Shown here in pieces: positions 1 through 9,578 of a stretch of 64,000 nucleotides of DNA. How positions within the stretch are numbered: the first letter of the stretch is position 1; each line of letters opens with the position of its first letter. The position numbers and the translations under genes were made by a program. This DNA is from Nannocystis bainbridge (GTDB lineage Bacteria > Myxococcota_A > Polyangia > Nannocystales > Nannocystaceae), in the NCBI RefSeq assembly GCF_028368995.1, contig NZ_JAQNDL010000001.1, positions 4,032,001-4,096,000 of the forward strand, written 5' to 3'. Under the pieces are notes generated by a model. The model worked only from the letters and a program-made list of their open reading frames with translations. It was not told where the DNA came from and ran no database searches.

Positions 1-147
1 GGACCCCGCCATCGACTCGACCGTCGTCCACGTCATGACATCCGCGCACGCCTCGCCGAGGTCGAGGCAAGCCGTCGCCTCGCGCGCGACGAAGCAGGTG
101 ACGAGGGCGACGCCGAGCGCCGCGCGAGCCGAAAGGGAGAGAGCCAT
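1..147 (-). CDS. 5' part of a secreted protein (runs off window start)
   Basis: ATG at 147 with an AGGAAG-like RBS upstream; MALSLSARAALGVALVTCFVAREATACLD resembles a signal peptide; open frame to base 1. Confidence 0.6.
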   Translation of the reverse strand, partial: MALSLSARAALGVALVTCFVAREATACLDLGEACADVMTWTTVESMAGS

Positions 148-264
148 CCCTCTTCCTATCACGACCGCGGCCCAGCAACGACGCAGCGACCAGGACCGGC
201 CCAAACCCGCGGGAATCGCCGCAGGTGGCCGGACCGCGGCGATTCCGTCACGCCCCTGAGCGCG

Positions 265-1479
265 TCACCCGGCCTCGGCCTCGACCGGCTCGATCTGCCG
301 CGCGGCCTCCTCGTACGCCAGCAGGATCAGCGGCCGCAGCCGGTACAGGTCCTTCACGCCATTGATATAGACGTACCCCTTGTCGACCTCGAACCCGGGC
401 GACAGCGCCTTGGCCTGCTCGGGGGACACCTTGGTGAAGATCGATTTCTTGCGCTGATTGAAGTACAGCCGGACGAACCACCGCCGGATCGAGATCGTCG
501 AGATCGTGAACCAGCTGGTCGTATCCTTGTGAAGAATCGGCGCGCTCGGGCTCACCGGCGAATCGGCGCAGATCGAGCGAATGATCTCCAGCGCCTCCAG
601 CTCTTCGGCCGTCGTGACGATGTTGGGGGCCGCCGGAGCCGCCGGCGCCGCCGGCTTCTCCTCGACCTTGATCACCGGCGGCGGCGGCAGCACCGGCGGC
701 GCCTCGACCTTCGGCGGCGGCGGGACCACCGGCACCTCCGGCTTAGACTCGCCCTGGTCCTTGATCGACCGCGTCGCCATGTCGAGCAGGGTCGCCTGGA
801 TCGCCCGCTTGATCGTCGGCGTGAACTTCTCGATCACCCGCGGCGTGAGCCGCTTGCCGGCGAACACGCTGAGCTCCCCGAGCACGAAGCGGGTGAAGTT
901 CTCGGGCGGGCTGCGCAAGATCGATCCGATATAGCCGCTGATCTTGCTGGTATAGATGATCTCTTCGGCCTGCTCGCGCACCCCCGTCGGGTTGAACCGC
1001 TCGCGCGTGAACGACTCCAGCACCTCGACGTCGGCCTCCGTGAACGACAGGATGTCGAACTCGAAGAACGCCTTCTCGCTGAGGATGTTGCGCTCCTCGA
1101 GGTCCGTATAAAACAGGTACTTCACGCCATTCGTCAGCACCGCCACCGGGCACACGGGCGTCGCGTTGAAGTAGCGCGCGAGCTGCCCGCTGAAGTTCTG
1201 CAGGTTCACGTCGGCCGACTTGCATTCGACGAAGATCACCGGCGAGCCCGCCAGGTGAATGGCATAATCGACCTTCTCGGCCGGGCCGCCCGGGCGCTTC
1301 TTGGCGAAGTCGGCGACATATTCCGGCCGGATCTCGGTCGGATCGTAGATATCGTAGCCGAGGGCGCCGATGAAGGGCAAAATCAGCGCCTGCTTCGTCG
1401 ACTCTTCCCCGTGCACGTGAGGCAGACGTCGGCGAATCTGCTCCGCGAGCTTCTGTAACTGCTCATGAAATGCGCCCAT
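265..1479 (-). CDS. Type I restriction enzyme HsdR N-terminal (PD-(D/E)xK) domain protein
   Basis: EESTKQALILPFIGALGYDI..P.EIRPEY.AD...EKVDYAI....PVIFVECK...LTNG motifs; start moved to ATG 1479 (GGAG RBS). Confidence 0.8.
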   Translation of the reverse strand: MGAFHEQLQKLAEQIRRRLPHVHGEESTKQALILPFIGALGYDIYDPTEIRPEYVADFAKKRPGGPAEKVDYAIHLAGSPVIFVECKSADVNLQNFSGQLARYFNATPVCPVAVLTNGVKYLFYTDLEERNILSEKAFFEFDILSFTEADVEVLESFTRERFNPTGVREQAEEIIYTSKISGYIGSILRSPPENFTRFVLGELSVFAGKRLTPRVIEKFTPTIKRAIQATLLDMATRSIKDQGESKPEVPVVPPPPKVEAPPVLPPPPVIKVEEKPAAPAAPAAPNIVTTAEELEALEIIRSICADSPVSPSAPILHKDTTSWFTISTISIRRWFVRLYFNQRKKSIFTKVSPEQAKALSPGFEVDKGYVYINGVKDLYRLRPLILLAYEEAARQIEPVEAEAG

Positions 1480-1697
1480 GATCACTCCGAGTTCACGAGT
1501 GTAGGTCGACGGCGACCCTGGGGTCAACGAACCCACGAAGAGCGCGGGCGGTCTCGCTCAATTGCGATAGACCATTGTTCTCACCCCATTCCGTCGACCA
1601 CGGCGCGGCGCCTCCGGACGTCTTCGCCCCGCTGCTCTTCACCGCGCGCGCCGACCTCACCGGCCCGGGCCCCGCGGGATTCCGCTACGATCGTCGG

Positions 1698-2771
1698 ATG
1701 CAAGTTCGCCCATCGGAGAGACGCGCGCGGATCGAAGCGCTCGTTCGCTACCTCTGCTCGCCGGAGTGCGCCGGGAGGGCGCCAGACACGGCCGGGGGCA
1801 TCGCCGCGCGCACCCGCATCGTCGACGAGTTCCGCGCGATCGGGGCCGCGCCTGGCGGCACTGATGGCTTTTTGCAGCCCGTGCCCGGCTGCGGCGCCAA
1901 CGTCCTCGCCGAGATCCCTGGCCACGGCCCGCTCGCCGAGCACACGATCGTCGTCGCCGCGCACTACGATCATTTGGGCTCGCTCGGCGGCGACACTTTT
2001 TGGGGCGCCGACGACAACGCCGCCGCCGTGGCGATCCTCGTCGAGGTCGGGCGCGAGCTGCTCGCCCGCCGCCGTTCGGGTCGTCGCGTCGTGCTCGCCG
2101 CCTACGACGGCGAGGAGCCGCCGCATTTCCTCCACGGCACCATGGGCTCGATGTATCACGTCGCCCACCCGACCGCCCCGCTCGCCGGCATCGACATGAT
2201 GGTCTGCATGGACCTGTGCGGCCACGCTCTCGGGCCTGTCGGCTGCCCGAGCGAGGTCCGCGACTCCGTGTTCGTGCTCGGCGCCGAGCTCAGTCACGGC
2301 ACTGGCGAGCTCGTCGACGCCGCCGCGATCGCCGGCGGCATCTACCCGCGCCGCGCCGACCTCGACGTCATCCCGCCGCTCAGCGACTACCAGCCGTTCC
2401 GCGAGGCCGGCGTCCCGGTGCTCTTCCTCAGCTGCGGGCGCTGGGAGCACTATCATCAGCCCACCGACACCCCCGATCGGCTCGATTACGACAAGATCGT
2501 CTCCACCGTCGAGTACCTCGCCGGCCTGGTCCAGATGCTGCGCGAGCGGCCCGACGCGCCCACGTTCGACACCCACGCCCGCGACGACCTCGCCACCATC
2601 GCCTCGCTGCGGACCCTCGCCCGCCACCTCGCGCCCCGCGTCCCTGCCGTCTCGCAGGCCGCCGCCCACCTCGACGCCCTCGCCGCCGCCGCCAGGACCG
2701 GCCCCCTCAGCCAGCCCCAGCGCCAGCAGCTCGCCTGGATGGTCGCCGGCCTCGAAGACGCCCTGTCCTGA
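1698..2771 (+). CDS. M28 family metallopeptidase
   Basis: AHYDHLG, GADDNA, DGEE, MD, SDYQPF and YHQPTD zinc-ligand motifs. Confidence 0.85.
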   Translation: MQVRPSERRARIEALVRYLCSPECAGRAPDTAGGIAARTRIVDEFRAIGAAPGGTDGFLQPVPGCGANVLAEIPGHGPLAEHTIVVAAHYDHLGSLGGDTFWGADDNAAAVAILVEVGRELLARRRSGRRVVLAAYDGEEPPHFLHGTMGSMYHVAHPTAPLAGIDMMVCMDLCGHALGPVGCPSEVRDSVFVLGAELSHGTGELVDAAAIAGGIYPRRADLDVIPPLSDYQPFREAGVPVLFLSCGRWEHYHQPTDTPDRLDYDKIVSTVEYLAGLVQMLRERPDAPTFDTHARDDLATIASLRTLARHLAPRVPAVSQAAAHLDALAAAARTGPLSQPQRQQLAWMVAGLEDALS

Positions 2772-2787
2772 GCGAAGTCAATCCATT

Positions 2788-2831
2788 GTGTCCCCAAGGA
2801 CATGCCCCTCCGCGCATGTCCTTTCAGCCAT
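2788..2831. repeat. 14-bp-period array of the TGTC-N6-GACA motif (3 units) at a convergent gene junction
   Basis: Units at 2788 GTGTC cccaag GACAT, 2802 ATGCC cctccg CGCAT, 2816 ATGTC ctttca GCCAT. Confidence 0.75.
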
Positions 2832-4535
2832 CTATGCGCTCCTGCGCCCGACGCGGACCGCCGCCGCCGCGCGGCGGATCGTCTCGCCCTCCGCCCGCCC
2901 GACTCCGTAGGCCGCGAACGTCGCGCGATCGATCGCTGCGAGGTCTGCGGGCGCTGCCGCGACCAGCGCGGCCCGGGCCTTCGCCGGCACCTCGGCCCAC
3001 GACGGCACCCGGATCCGCCGCAGGTACTGGGCCTGGAACCGCAAGAACCCGCCGGCCATCCGGATCCCGTAGTTGGCCACGAACAGCGTCGCCAGCGACG
3101 AGCGCAGGATCGTCGCCAGCGCTTGCAGGTCCCACGTCGGCGACGTCACGTGATAGAGGTTGTGGTGCGGATAATAGTCGCCCGCGTCGTAAGCGACCGT
3201 CGCCTCGCCCTTGATGTCGGGGATCAGCAGCTTGGGCGTGCGCGCCAGCGCAGGGTCGATGCGATCGATCGTCCGGTACCACGCCTCCGGGCTGCGGCGA
3301 GCCACGTAGCGCCGCTGCAGCGCCTCGCGGTGCGCATGCACGTAGGCCGCGAAGCGCGGATAACGGCCGGTCTCCGCCAGCGCCCCGTCCGCCTCGAACG
3401 GATTGACGATCCCGCGGCCGCCCCACGCGATCGTGCCCCCGCGCAGGTCGGCCGCCATCACCAGCGGCAGCTTGCGCGCCGGCTCCACCGGCAGCCCCGA
3501 ATAATCGCCGACGAACACCCGATCGGCGCCCGTCGCCACCCCGATCCCGACCCGACAATCGGTGTCCTCGAGCGTCCTGAACTCGCCCTCGAGCCGGCGC
3601 AGCACCGCGAGCTGATCGGCGCCGTCTAGCAGCCACGGGTCCTCGCCGCGGACCGCCTGCGCCACCACCTCGACCCGCGGATCGTCGACCGGGTCCGCGC
3701 GGATCATCGCCTGCACCACCGCCGGCAGCTCGCCCGCGATCTGCGGCCTGCGGGCGATCCGCGTCAGCTCGCCCGCACCGCGACGGATCACCGTGATCGC
3801 CGGATACGCGAACACCTCCGACTGGAACGCGTCCGTCCCCTCCATGTCGATGTAATGCGAGAGGTGATAGTCGCGCGCCACCAGCCCGCGCAGCGGCCCC
3901 CCGTAGCGGTTCTTCAGCCACCGATTGGCGCAGATGAACGCCAGCCGCCCGTCATCCGCGAGCAATTGCAGCCCGCGCTCGAAGAACGGCACGTAGAGGT
4001 CGGCCCGATCGTAGATGGTATGATAGCGCCGGCGATATTCTACGAGCAGGGCCTCGGGGATCCGCTCCTGCCGCACGTACGGCGGGTTGCCGACCACGAC
4101 CTCGAATTTCTCGGTCAGCGGCGCCAGCAAAAAGTCGCCGCGGATCAGCCACGCATCGCACAGCCGGCTCACCTCGCGGCTGCTCGCGCCCCACTCGTGC
4201 AGCCGCGCCCGCACCCGCTCGCGCGTCCGCTCGAACGACTCCGCGTGCACCTCGACCCCGCGCACCGTCGACTCGAGCCGACGCGCCTGCTCCGGTCCCA
4301 GCCCCGTGCGCGCGCACGCGGCCAGCAGCCGCTCGACGATCGCCATGATGAACTCGCCCGCGCCGAACGACGGCTCGAGCACCGACCACTGCTGCAGCGG
4401 CTGGTCGGCCGTATAGCCCGCCAGGTCGAGCATCGCCTCGACCACCTCGGGCCGCGTGAACACGGCCCCGCGCTCGCTCGCATCGGCCCCGACGAGGCCG
4501 GGTCGGGGCGCGTGGGGCTCGAGCGACGACTGCAC
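2832..4535 (-). CDS. N6-adenine DNA methyltransferase, gamma class (Eco57I/TaqI-like; M.PaeR7I/M.XhoI-like)
   Basis: [20 protein letters not shown] (SAM binding), GNPPYVR (catalytic), [10 protein letters not shown]-terminal TRD with PKLLIPDIK; start uncertain. Confidence 0.9.
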   Translation of the reverse strand: MQSSLEPHAPRPGLVGADASERGAVFTRPEVVEAMLDLAGYTADQPLQQWSVLEPSFGAGEFIMAIVERLLAACARTGLGPEQARRLESTVRGVEVHAESFERTRERVRARLHEWGASSREVSRLCDAWLIRGDFLLAPLTEKFEVVVGNPPYVRQERIPEALLVEYRRRYHTIYDRADLYVPFFERGLQLLADDGRLAFICANRWLKNRYGGPLRGLVARDYHLSHYIDMEGTDAFQSEVFAYPAITVIRRGAGELTRIARRPQIAGELPAVVQAMIRADPVDDPRVEVVAQAVRGEDPWLLDGADQLAVLRRLEGEFRTLEDTDCRVGIGVATGADRVFVGDYSGLPVEPARKLPLVMAADLRGGTIAWGGRGIVNPFEADGALAETGRYPRFAAYVHAHREALQRRYVARRSPEAWYRTIDRIDPALARTPKLLIPDIKGEATVAYDAGDYYPHHNLYHVTSPTWDLQALATILRSSLATLFVANYGIRMAGGFLRFQAQYLRRIRVPSWAEVPAKARAALVAAAPADLAAIDRATFAAYGVGRAEGETIRRAAAAVRVGRRSA

Positions 4536-4694
4536 GGGCGCGCCGAGCTTAGCGCGTCCGTGCCCGCGTGCGCTGCGCTCGCCGGCCGCAATTCATCGAC
4601 CTCGCCGCGCGATGCCACGGCCCACCCCGGCAGCGATGCACCGATCTGCGCTCGCGGCCCCCGCCGACCCTCGCGGTCCTACACTCCGCCCGCG

Positions 4695-5654
4695 ATGCCG
4701 CCGCGCCTCGACTACTCCCGGCAATGCGCCGAGCTCGAGAAGATCGCACGCCTCGAGCCGCGCCCCGCCGCCCCCTCCGACCCTGCTGCGGGTCTCGCCG
4801 CCCCCTCGCCCGCCGCCACCTGCCTCGTGTGCGACGCCGGCCCCGCCCGCCCGTGCGACCGCTGCGGCGGCGTCGCCTACTGCGGCGACGAGCACCGCCG
4901 GCTCGACCTGCGCTGGCACGCCCCGGTCTGCCCCGCGCTGCGGGCGATCGCCGACGACCTCGCCTTCTTCGCCGCCCATGCGCGCCCCTGGCTCGAAGCC
5001 CGGCTCCTCGCCCGCGCCGGTCGGACCGCCGCCCTTCCCACCTCCTGGGACGCCTGGCTCGGCCCCGACCTCGCGCCCGTCGAGCGCCGTTGCCTCAGCG
5101 ACCTCGCCACCCGGCCGCTGACGCTCGCTCACCTCCTCGGCTTGCTCTCCGAACATGTCCCGAAGGACATCTCGAATCCCACCGCGATCCACGTCATCGC
5201 CGCCGCCCAGCGCGAGCGCGACGTCTCGCCGGCGCTGTGGCGCGAGCTCGAGCGCCTGCACCCCGACCGTCGCTTCGCCATCACTCTCATCGGCCCCGAG
5301 CTCGCGCCCGGCGACCTCGGACCGGGCGTGCGTGCCGTGACGGCCCTCTATCGGCGCGACCTGTGGCCCGCGCTCGGGCGCCCCGACCTCGTCATCGGTT
5401 ACGACTGCGGCCTCCTCCTCTATCCCACGTGGAAGCCGACCATGCACGACCTGCGCGGCTCGGGCGTCCCGTTCGCGCTCACCAGCTATCGCGCCTGGGA
5501 GGCCGCCGGCGAGGCCCGCCTGTTGCGGGCGATCGGCGCCGAACCGCTGCTCGCCCCCACGCCCAACCCGTTCGCCTCGCTCTCGGCCCGCCGCTCGTCC
5601 ACCCTCGCCAACGACCTCGCCCACGACAACGCATTCATGAGCGCCTGGCGCTGA
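4695..5654 (+). CDS. MYND zinc-finger protein with MSS51-like C-terminal domain
   Basis: CLVC..CDRC...YCGDEH..WH...C MYND pattern; HVIAA, LIGPEL, PDLVIGYDCG, TSY..EA, NPFAS motifs; real start inside the 3855 ORF. Confidence 0.75.
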   Translation: MPPRLDYSRQCAELEKIARLEPRPAAPSDPAAGLAAPSPAATCLVCDAGPARPCDRCGGVAYCGDEHRRLDLRWHAPVCPALRAIADDLAFFAAHARPWLEARLLARAGRTAALPTSWDAWLGPDLAPVERRCLSDLATRPLTLAHLLGLLSEHVPKDISNPTAIHVIAAAQRERDVSPALWRELERLHPDRRFAITLIGPELAPGDLGPGVRAVTALYRRDLWPALGRPDLVIGYDCGLLLYPTWKPTMHDLRGSGVPFALTSYRAWEAAGEARLLRAIGAEPLLAPTPNPFASLSARRSSTLANDLAHDNAFMSAWR

Positions 5655-5674
5655 CCCGCAACGCCACGCCCGCG

Positions 5675-7030
5675 CTACTTGTGGACAATGTCGAATTCGT
5701 CGATCACATCGCCCTGGATATTCTTGAAATAACCATGCGCCGCGTTGGGATCGCCGCCGACGTGGAAGCGAATGAACAGCGCCCCGTGGTCGGCCTCGAA
5801 GTTGTCCTCCTCGACCCCGTTCTTCAGCCAGTAATCTTTCGTGTAGACTGACGCCCACCAGTCCTCGTCGCCGTGCAGGCCCGCGTCCCATTCGCGGATG
5901 CTCCTGCCCCCGAGCCCTGACACCACCGAGAACGTGCGCCCCGGTCCGACCTCCAGCAGCTCGGCCATCCCGGTCGCGCCATGGGCCGCTCCCTTGTTCC
6001 CCACGTCGGTCAGCGTGCGCGTGCGCGCGTACGAGTGCTCGTGGCCCATCACGATGATCGACCCGTCGTTTTGACACGACTGCAGCGCCTTCCACGTCAG
6101 GTCGTCGGGCTTGTCCCCCGCCTGCAGGTCGCGCTGATTCTTGTGGAACGTACACAGGCTCCACAGGTGATCGTCGCTCGCCAGCACCCCGGCGATGAAC
6201 TCCTCGTGGTCCTTGTCCGAGCCCTTGGTGCCGAGGCCCGACAGCACGAAGTGCAGCCCGCGGTACGTGCAATTCGACTTCACCCCCAGATCGCCCACGC
6301 AGCTGGCCCCTGCGATCTTCGCCAGCCTCGCCTCGAGCTTGTTCTGGTAGCCCGACCACGCGTCTTTGTCGTGATTGCCGATCACCCCGAACACCGGGAA
6401 GCTGTCGCCGAGCACGCTCTCCATCTCGTTCGCCCACGCGTCGGGGTTGTCGCCGTAATCGAAGTCGCCGAGGATGATCACGAAATCGGCCTTCTCCGCC
6501 AGCAGCAGCGAGTACACCGCCTTGGTGTCCTTGCCCGTGCCCTGGTCGCCGAGCAGCGCGACCAGCAGGTCCGCGTCGGTCGCGTTGTCGGGCACCGGCG
6601 GCTTGCCCTGGCCGCCGGTCGTGCCGTCCCCGGTCGTCGTCGTCGTCCCCGACGTCGTCCCCGTCGTCGTCGTCGTATCGGCCCCGGTCGTCGTCCCCGG
6701 CGTCTCGCTCGTGGTCGTCGGTGCGCCGCTGCTCGCGCTCAGCTCCGTCGTCTCGAACGCCCCGCTCAGGTTGCCGGTCGTCGTCGAGCTGCTGCTCGTG
6801 CCGGGCGCCGGGTCCACGGTCGTCCCGCCGTCGCTGCTCCCCTGCGTCTCGCTGCTGCTCGACCCACTGCTGGCCGCGTCGGCCTCGGTGAGCCCCATCG
6901 TCGCGGGGGACGTGGCGCCGCTCGCGCTGAGCGTCGCACTGGTGAATCCGGAATGCTCGATCCCCGCGCCGCTCGAACAGGCGATGCCCACACACGCAGG
7001 GAGGCCCAGGAGGAAATGACGGGAGTGCAT
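5675..7030 (-). CDS. Calcineurin-like metallophosphoesterase lipoprotein with Thr/Ser-rich linker
   Basis: GD-Q, GDFDY, GNHD and GHEHSY motifs; lipobox IACSS; start at ATG 7030. Confidence 0.85.
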   Translation of the reverse strand: MHSRHFLLGLPACVGIACSSGAGIEHSGFTSATLSASGATSPATMGLTEADAASSGSSSSETQGSSDGGTTVDPAPGTSSSSTTTGNLSGAFETTELSASSGAPTTTSETPGTTTGADTTTTTGTTSGTTTTTGDGTTGGQGKPPVPDNATDADLLVALLGDQGTGKDTKAVYSLLLAEKADFVIILGDFDYGDNPDAWANEMESVLGDSFPVFGVIGNHDKDAWSGYQNKLEARLAKIAGASCVGDLGVKSNCTYRGLHFVLSGLGTKGSDKDHEEFIAGVLASDDHLWSLCTFHKNQRDLQAGDKPDDLTWKALQSCQNDGSIIVMGHEHSYARTRTLTDVGNKGAAHGATGMAELLEVGPGRTFSVVSGLGGRSIREWDAGLHGDEDWWASVYTKDYWLKNGVEEDNFEADHGALFIRFHVGGDPNAAHGYFKNIQGDVIDEFDIVHK

Positions 7031-7727
7031 AAGAACGCAAACTACTCGATGTCCTCCACGCGGTGTACACATTGATTTCGGCGCCGATACCGCCATTCGA
7101 CCCTGGAGCAAGGAGTCATTGCCACAGAACGGTGCGTAGCCGAGATTTGACCGTTTCCAACCTCGAGACCGGCGCCCGAACATCGCAGCAATCTGGGCAC
7201 AAACTGTGCTACAAGCCTCCCAGATCGGCTCACGGACGCGCGGACGACCTCGCCCATCGCGGCACCGCCTCGCACACGAACAGACAGCTCGGAGGGCCGA
7301 CGAGCATCGGCGGTGACAACGCGATCCATTTTGACACGCCGATCCTCGCCTTGGACCGTCCGTCATGTACGAGCAATGAATGCATCCTCTCATCGGGGAT
7401 CGCCGCCCCGGTCATCACGATGTCGATTGATTCCTGCGACCCCCGGAAACGAAGTCCCCCCATTCATTCGGAGGTCACGAGCCCCCGACCCGAATCCACA
7501 TGCTGGCGCGACCACGCACGCGGCTTCACCGCGCCAGCCCTGCCCCCGTTCACGATTTCGCCCGCGCAGCCGTGGCCCACGGGCCCCATCCACGCCCGCG
7601 ACCCATCCATGCCCCGCGCGTTCTCCGGCCCTGCGACAAGCGGCCGCAGCGCGGCCCCTCCGCCACCTCGGCTACAGTGCTCGGCCGGTCTACCCGCCCC
7701 GTTCGGGCGTACCGCCGACCACGCGCC

Positions 7728-8222
7728 ATGAAGACGATCCTCGCGCCCCTGCTCCTCGCCGTGACTGCCTGCGGGACCACCCACTCCGGCACCGACCACG
7801 ACTCGCACGACACCAGCGGCCACGTGCACGACACCGAGACCGGCACCACCGCCTCGACCGGCCACGACCACGCCACCGAGCCGACCTCCACGGGTCACGC
7901 GCACACCGAGACCGGTCACGATCACACCTCCTCATCCACCTCCTCCGATACCACTACCGATACGACCACGGGCGGTGGTTCGCCGATCGCCGATTATTGC
8001 GAGTGCATGCTGGTCAATTGCCACGACCAGTATCATGGCACCTGGGGCGAAGAGCACCCGCAGTCGGAGGAGAACTGCAGCGCCGCCGCCGCGATGTGGC
8101 CCACCGTCGGCATGCCGGCCATATCCGGCGATTCGCTCGAATGTCGGCTCTACCACTGCGAGCAGGCCCTGGTCGACGCCTCCCAGTGCGAGGCCGCCAT
8201 CGGCGGCGCACCGTGTGCCTGA
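7728..8222 (+). CDS. His-rich/Cys-rich lipoprotein (possible metal binding)
   Basis: MKTILAPLLLAVTAC lipobox; His/Thr/Asp-rich N-half; C-terminal GDSLECRLYHC Cys domain. Confidence 0.75.
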   Translation: MKTILAPLLLAVTACGTTHSGTDHDSHDTSGHVHDTETGTTASTGHDHATEPTSTGHAHTETGHDHTSSSTSSDTTTDTTTGGGSPIADYCECMLVNCHDQYHGTWGEEHPQSEENCSAAAAMWPTVGMPAISGDSLECRLYHCEQALVDASQCEAAIGGAPCA

Positions 8223-8341
8223 CGGCCCGACGCATCGCGACTGATTCGCCGCCGCTGCCAAGGCCGCCCTCGGCGGCGCACCGTGTGCCTGACGGCCCGA
8301 CGCATCGCGACTGATTCGCCGCCGCTGCCAAGGCCGCCATC
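8191..8341. repeat. 70-bp tandem duplication covering the gene's 3' end and stop
   Basis: 8191-8260 and 8261-8330 differ at one base; bounded by AGGCCGCC(A/C)TC at 8191, 8261 and 8331. Confidence 0.9.
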
Positions 8342-8446
8342 CCCTTGCCGCACGGCCCCGGCAGAACAGCGAAAACCATCGGTCCGCCGACGGACCTCCG
8401 CGCCCGCCTTCGCCCTGTCGCGGGCCACCTCCGCTAAGCTCGGACC

Positions 8447-9271
8447 ATGCGCGCGCTGCTCTTGATCGTCGCCGTCCTCCCCGCCTGCACCGCCCGCGAC
8501 ACCGACGACGGCGCCGTCGAGCTGTTCTTCCGCCCGACCGTCGCCGGCAGCTACTTCAGCTGCGACGAGATCTACCGCGAAACTACCGCCAACGTGAAGC
8601 CGCAGGACTTTCGGCTGTTCGTGCACGCCATTCGCCTCGTCACCGCCGCGGGTGACGAGCACCCGCTCGAGCTGCTCGACGACGGCCAGTTCCAGGCCCG
8701 CGGCGTCGCCCTCCTCGACTTCGAGGACGCCACCGGCGAGTGCCGCCGCGGCACCCCGGCCCTCAACAAGACGATCCGCGGCGTCCTCTCCGACGAGCAC
8801 CGCAATCAGCGCGCCGACTACATCGGCCTCCGCTTCCGCGTCGGCGTCCCGCCCGAGCTCGACACCACCGAATTCGCCGACCTGCCCGCCCCGCTCGACG
8901 AACCCACCATGCGCTCCGCCGTCACCGGCGCCCACCTGTTCCTCACCGCCTGGGCCAAGCAGGAGCCCTTCGCCGCCGGCGCGCCCCTGTTCTCCGGCGT
9001 CGGCCTCGACCTCGGCGCCGATGGTGGACGCCCCAATCAATTCGAAGTCGCCCTCGACAACTTCGACCCCGACACCAGCACCATCATCGCCGACTGGCGC
9101 AGCATTTTTAATAAAGTGGACCTCGGCTTCTGCAGCCAGAGCGCCGGCACCCCGTGCGGCTGCTGGTCGCGCCAGGTCGACCCCCTGTGCCCGCAGTTGT
9201 TCCCTCGTCTCGGCCTCGACCTCGCCACCGGCGCCAGCATCGGCGGCCAGGTCGTCTTCAGCGTCGATTGA
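8447..9271 (+). CDS. MbnP-family (four-Cys, copper-binding-like) lipoprotein, divergent
   Basis: Lipobox LPAC; DFRLFVHAIRL, VALLDFEDATGEC..GT, GLRFRVGVP, C..C....DPLC..LF..LGL pattern. Confidence 0.7.
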   Translation: MRALLLIVAVLPACTARDTDDGAVELFFRPTVAGSYFSCDEIYRETTANVKPQDFRLFVHAIRLVTAAGDEHPLELLDDGQFQARGVALLDFEDATGECRRGTPALNKTIRGVLSDEHRNQRADYIGLRFRVGVPPELDTTEFADLPAPLDEPTMRSAVTGAHLFLTAWAKQEPFAAGAPLFSGVGLDLGADGGRPNQFEVALDNFDPDTSTIIADWRSIFNKVDLGFCSQSAGTPCGCWSRQVDPLCPQLFPRLGLDLATGASIGGQVVFSVD

Positions 9272-9578
9272 TCGCTGGGGTCAAGGCGCAGGTCACTCGC
9301 GCGTCGAGAGGCGCTCCCGTGCGTCGACGGTCAGGTGGCGCGTCGCAGGGTCTCACCCGGGCAAACGCCACTGCGGAAAACTGCCGAGGTTGTTGCGCCG
9401 GTCCGGATCAGCCACCGTGTTGGCCAGGGCCTGCAGGAACTTACGCTGATTTGAAGGTATGCGCTGGTTCAGGGCTTCGAGGAGCCGGGTGAGGGTTCGA
9501 CTTAGCCACGTGCTCTTGCAATAGTGATGCATGAGCAGGCTTCGGATTTCACTAATATCCCGGGGGCAGCGATTTAAT

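Noticed and set aside
265-4535. Complete type I or type II restriction-modification operon
   Set aside because: No HsdS/HsdM or helicase domain; the nuclease and MTase are separated by an oppositely oriented peptidase
7031-7727. ORFs, and a sigma54-like GGGCAC-N5-GTGC near 7195, in the 700-bp divergent gap
   Set aside because: ORFs lack codon bias or motifs; the promoter match is imperfect and more than 500 bp from the next plus-strand gene
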